Assembly: GCA_013375475.1 (NCBI GenBank)
Contig: JABXKD010000084.1
Span: 1-15,221, forward strand
Direction of reading: 5' to 3'
DNA from: Promethearchaeota archaeon
GTDB taxonomy: Archaea > Asgardarchaeota > Lokiarchaeia > Sigyniarchaeales > SOKP01
Length of the DNA: 15,221 nt
Positions within the stretch are counted from its first letter, which is position 1. Each line of letters opens with the position of its first letter. A program made the position numbers and the translations under genes. Below the pieces are notes generated by a model. The model made no database searches, was not told the origin of the DNA, and saw only the letters and a list, made by a program, of their open reading frames with translations. Of the stretch, positions 9,007-15,221 are shown one piece after another.

Positions 9007-10332
9007 TTATTTAAAGTAAGGTAAATATTTTCTTTGTAATTCCATCATCTCTTCAAATATAGCTTCAGCCATTTCAAAACTACCACAGTTCACATCCATT
9101 GCTAAGCAGTCAATAGCTAGTTGTTTTGATTCCTGCAATATAGCCTCCACACATAAGTCTTGAATAGACGCTTCAATACGTAAAATTGCGGCAATATTCT
9201 TAGGAATGTCTCCTAATTTAACTCCTTGAATGCCATCTTTATTAACAGTTCCAGAGCATTCAATAACTAAATCTTGAGGTAGATTTTCAATAATCCCGTC
9301 ATTAGGTATGTTTACTGCTATTTCATATGAATTACTATCTCCTATGATTGCTTCGATAATGGGAATAGCTCTTTCTCCAGAAGGGTCTTTAATAAGCATA
9401 CCATCTTTAGGATATTTACCCCTCTTTAATCTCTTATAAAACCAATTTAGTTGAAAATTTATAGCTCTCTTCCCCAGTTCCATTCTAGCAATCCAATCGG
9501 TTAAATCTTGAGCAGTTGTATAATGAGACCCAAATTGTAGATATTCACAAATGTGATTATCCCCAACATAGGGAAACCATCCAAACCTTTTATATATCTC
9601 AAATGTTAGATCTGCATAATGAAATCTGTCCCATTTTTCTTTAAAATAGGTTAAACAGTTATCATTAAAGATGGGCATTAGATCTTTTCCAGTTTTTTTT
9701 TCTTTTAACCCCATTAAAAACGCGAAGTGATTAAGACCTCCAGTGATTATCTGTAAGTCTTCTATATTTTTATCTACAATTTTTGGTAAATGATGGGGAG
9801 TTAATAATTCGATTTGATGACAAAGACCAAACATTTTTAAGTTAGGTACGGCTCTTTTCAAAGCTAAACATATGCGAGACATAGGATTTGAATAATTAAT
9901 GAAAAATGCATCTGGACAAATTCGTTTTGCATCTTTAGCAATCTTAATAATCTCAGGAATTTGGCGAGCACTGTGGAAAAAACCTCCGGGACCTCCATTC
10001 TCACCCATTCGCTCTGTTGAACCAAGTTCTCTAGGGATTGTGTTATCTTGCCAACGTAATTCAAAGCGATCTCCGTGCTCGGTAGAATTGATGACGAAAT
10101 CCGCACCCTTAAGAGCTTTTTCTCTATTTGGTGTATATTCGATATTGAATTTGTTGCCGATTTTTTTATTATCTTCCGATACTACATCATAAACCATCTG
10201 TAGCTTTTCTGTATCTATGTCAACAAGCGTAATAGTAGAACCTTCTAACACCTTACTTAAGTTCAAATCAATGAATGTTGGCGGTCCAAAAGCGGCACTA
10301 CCGGCGCCAATTAACACAATTTTTTTATCCAT
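9007..10332 (-). CDS. Glycoside hydrolase family 4 (NAD+/Mn2+-dependent alpha-glycosidase; specificity uncertain)
   Basis: 441 aa ORF with Rossmann KIVLIGAGSAAFG, ALKGADFVINS, GENGGPGGFFHSAR, NYSNPM, Cys motif GLCHQI, GGLNHF, GDNHICEY and VNIPNDGIIENLP. Confidence 0.92.
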   Translation of the reverse strand: MDKKIVLIGAGSAAFGPPTFIDLNLSKVLEGSTITLVDIDTEKLQMVYDVVSEDNKKIGNKFNIEYTPNREKALKGADFVINSTEHGDRFELRWQDNTIPRELGSTERMGENGGPGGFFHSARQIPEIIKIAKDAKRICPDAFFINYSNPMSRICLALKRAVPNLKMFGLCHQIELLTPHHLPKIVDKNIEDLQIITGGLNHFAFLMGLKEKKTGKDLMPIFNDNCLTYFKEKWDRFHYADLTFEIYKRFGWFPYVGDNHICEYLQFGSHYTTAQDLTDWIARMELGKRAINFQLNWFYKRLKRGKYPKDGMLIKDPSGERAIPIIEAIIGDSNSYEIAVNIPNDGIIENLPQDLVIECSGTVNKDGIQGVKLGDIPKNIAAILRIEASIQDLCVEAILQESKQLAIDCLAMDVNCGSFEMAEAIFEEMMELQRKYLPYFK

Positions 10333-10391
10333 ATAATGTGAAATCTCTCAAAAAAATTAAACTCATTGAAACTAAAATCTACAATTTTGTC

Positions 10392-10405
10392 AGTTAAGCT
10401 TAACT
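10392..10405. promoter_or_regulatory. Perfect 14-bp palindrome, candidate operator in the GH4/oxidoreductase divergent intergenic region
   Basis: AGTTAAGCTTAACT is its own reverse complement and lies in the 102-nt gap between two divergent starts. Confidence 0.45.
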
Positions 10406-10434
10406 ATTAATATTTTTATGTATTTACAAGAATT

Positions 10435-11568
10435 ATGGGGAATCTCATAAAGATTGGGATCGTAGGTTTTGGGCTTCACTCAATTGGTCTTATAGCTGAA
10501 ATAGACAATCATCCATTACTAAAGGGACGATCAAAATTGGTTGGAGGTTTTGATCCAAATCCAAATGTTATTGAAATGCTTAAAAAGAGGAAAGGAATTA
10601 AAACAGCAGAATCATATGAGGACCTATTAGATATTAAAGATCTTGACGCAATTATTATAACTAGCCCACCTCAATATCATGCGGATCAAGCTGTTACTGC
10701 ATTAGAATCTAATCTACATGTATTTTCAGAGATACCAATGGCTATTCGCGAGGAAGATATTAATAGGATTATTGATGCTGAAGACACATCCGGTAAAGCT
10801 TATCAACTTGGAGAAAATTATTGTTTCATACCTGAAGTATTATATGCTGCTCAACTCGTATCGACGGGGAAAATTGGGGAACCCGTTTATGCTGAATCGG
10901 AATATCTACATGATGTTACCTATCGATGGAGAGACAGGGGTTTTGGAGATGTTGATACTCCTCGTGTTGACTCTTGGTATCAATTGTTTGATCCAATGAT
11001 GTATGCTCATTCGATTGGTCCTGCTCAAGTTGCACTAGGTGGACTTAAAAATCCAATGCCTTTTATTGAAGTAACGAGTTTTGCTAACAATATTGGAGGG
11101 TATCAAGGAGATCCGATATGTAAACCCGCAAAAGCCTTCCAAGTTGCACTATTTCGAACAGAGACAACAGCTATCGCTAAATGCGCTAACGCATACATTT
11201 TTGCTCGAGAACCTACAAGAATTTCTATTCAAGTAGTGGGTCGTCATGGAACCTATGAATGTTATCAAGTTGGTAAAACCGGGCGATTGTTTATAGCTGA
11301 TGGACACAAAATTAATAAAATCCAACACAGAAAGGGGAGTACTAAACAAATTGATCAAAAGGTATTATCAAGTGTAATTCCTCACGTTGAAGGTCTCTAT
11401 TATGGTGGTGATGCTCGACTGTTAGATGATTGGTTTCAAGCAATAAACAAAGATAAAAAATCATTAATTCGCGCTAAAATAGCGGCTAACTTCTGCATGT
11501 CGGGGATTCAGGCTTCTCATTCTGCTCGCGATGGGGGAAAACCAAAAGAAATAAAAAATTACTTATAA
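10435..11568 (+). CDS. Gfo/Idh/MocA-family NAD(P)-binding oxidoreductase with GH109-like motifs
   Basis: 377 aa ORF with IKIGIVGFG Rossmann start, DLDAIIITSPPQYHADQAVTALESNLHVFSEIPMA, GENYCF, SEYLHD and YAHSIGP. Confidence 0.88.
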   Translation: MGNLIKIGIVGFGLHSIGLIAEIDNHPLLKGRSKLVGGFDPNPNVIEMLKKRKGIKTAESYEDLLDIKDLDAIIITSPPQYHADQAVTALESNLHVFSEIPMAIREEDINRIIDAEDTSGKAYQLGENYCFIPEVLYAAQLVSTGKIGEPVYAESEYLHDVTYRWRDRGFGDVDTPRVDSWYQLFDPMMYAHSIGPAQVALGGLKNPMPFIEVTSFANNIGGYQGDPICKPAKAFQVALFRTETTAIAKCANAYIFAREPTRISIQVVGRHGTYECYQVGKTGRLFIADGHKINKIQHRKGSTKQIDQKVLSSVIPHVEGLYYGGDARLLDDWFQAINKDKKSLIRAKIAANFCMSGIQASHSARDGGKPKEIKNYL

Positions 11569-11583
11569 TATAGACAGTTCATT

Positions 11584-14751
<3,168 letters not shown>

Positions 14752-14869
14752 CTAAAATGAAATCTATTTAAAATTATCTTCTATACTTTCTTAGTGAAGA
14801 TGAGAGTGAAAATAGAATCTTACATTTTTTTGATTAAGATTATTTAATGAAGAGAAAATAATATGAATT

Positions 14870-15082
14870 ATGAGAATAATATATTTTGACATCGATACTC
14901 TTAGACCGGACCATCTAGGATGTTACAGGTATCATCGCAACACTTCACCTAATATTGATAAAGTTGCAAATGAAGGTTCAATATTTACAAATTGCTACGC
15001 TTCAGATGCCCCTTGTTTACCTTCTAGAGCTTCACTTTTTACGGGGAGATTTAGGATTCATACAGGAATAGGTGGTGATTAG
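14870..15082 (+). pseudogene. Truncated sulfatase (formylglycine-dependent S1 type), N-terminal 70 aa only
   Basis: [25 protein letters not shown] and the CxPxR signature [12 protein letters not shown] (Cys at 15014), then TAG. Sulfatases are normally several hundred residues, and no downstream frame continues as a sulfatase. Confidence 0.85.
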
Positions 15083-15084
15083 CT

Positions 15085-15221
15085 ATACCAAGCGATTTTA
15101 CTCAAAATGTAATCAAAATAATAAAAAATATCCCCATAGGAAAAGTTCTTACTTACGGAAGAATTGCAAAATTAGCAGGAAATCCAAGAGCTGCAAGACA
15201 AGTTTCATGGTTGTTACATTC
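15085..15221 (+). CDS. MGMT-family / alkyltransferase-like (ATL) DNA-binding protein, partial; not in the supplied ORF track
   Basis: Manual translation from 15085 gives IPSDFTQNVIKIIKNIPIGKVLTYGRIAKLAGNPRAARQVSWLLH, matching the O6-alkylguanine-binding HTH pattern IPxGxVxTYGxIAxxxGxPxAARxV. An in-frame TGA at 15076-15078 bounds it, and ATA sits at the expected start position. It runs off the window. Confidence 0.85.
   Translation, partial: MPSDFTQNVIKIIKNIPIGKVLTYGRIAKLAGNPRAARQVSWLLH

Noticed and set aside
9864-11358. Short ORFs 9864-10106, 9899-10192, 10718-10999 and 11149-11358
   Set aside because: Nested within GH4 or the oxidoreductase, with no family signatures.
15080-15112. Possible TAG read-through (pyrrolysine) or frameshift rescuing the sulfatase
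   Set aside because: Read-through gives LYQAILLKM then TAA with no sulfatase similarity, and the other open frame encodes the MGMT/ATL protein.

Overview
AT-rich prokaryotic window (roughly 30% GC by eye) that is almost entirely a sugar-utilisation locus centred on L-rhamnose. It encodes a tungstopterin aldehyde:ferredoxin oxidoreductase (AOR family) 2 nt downstream of L-rhamnose isomerase (rhaA), a divergent GH78 alpha-L-rhamnosidase, a GPH/MelB-type MFS transporter and rhamnulokinase (rhaB). It also has a GH4 glycosidase, a Gfo/Idh/MocA protein with GH109-like motifs and a LacZ-type GH2 beta-galactosidase. The right end holds a truncated sulfatase remnant abutting an unlisted MGMT/ATL-family gene that runs off the window. 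TATA-like boxes, oligo-T tracts without GC hairpins, GGTG(A)-type ribosome binding sites and the AOR suggest an anaerobic archaeon, possibly Asgard/Lokiarchaeia-like; this is an inference, not shown by a marker gene. The main hypothesis is a bacterial-type phosphorylative rhamnose pathway (RhaA/RhaB) in which a W-AOR, rather than FucO/AldA, oxidises L-lactaldehyde and yields reduced ferredoxin. No rhaD, rhaM or regulator lies inside the window. No RNA genes, CRISPR arrays or mobile elements were seen.
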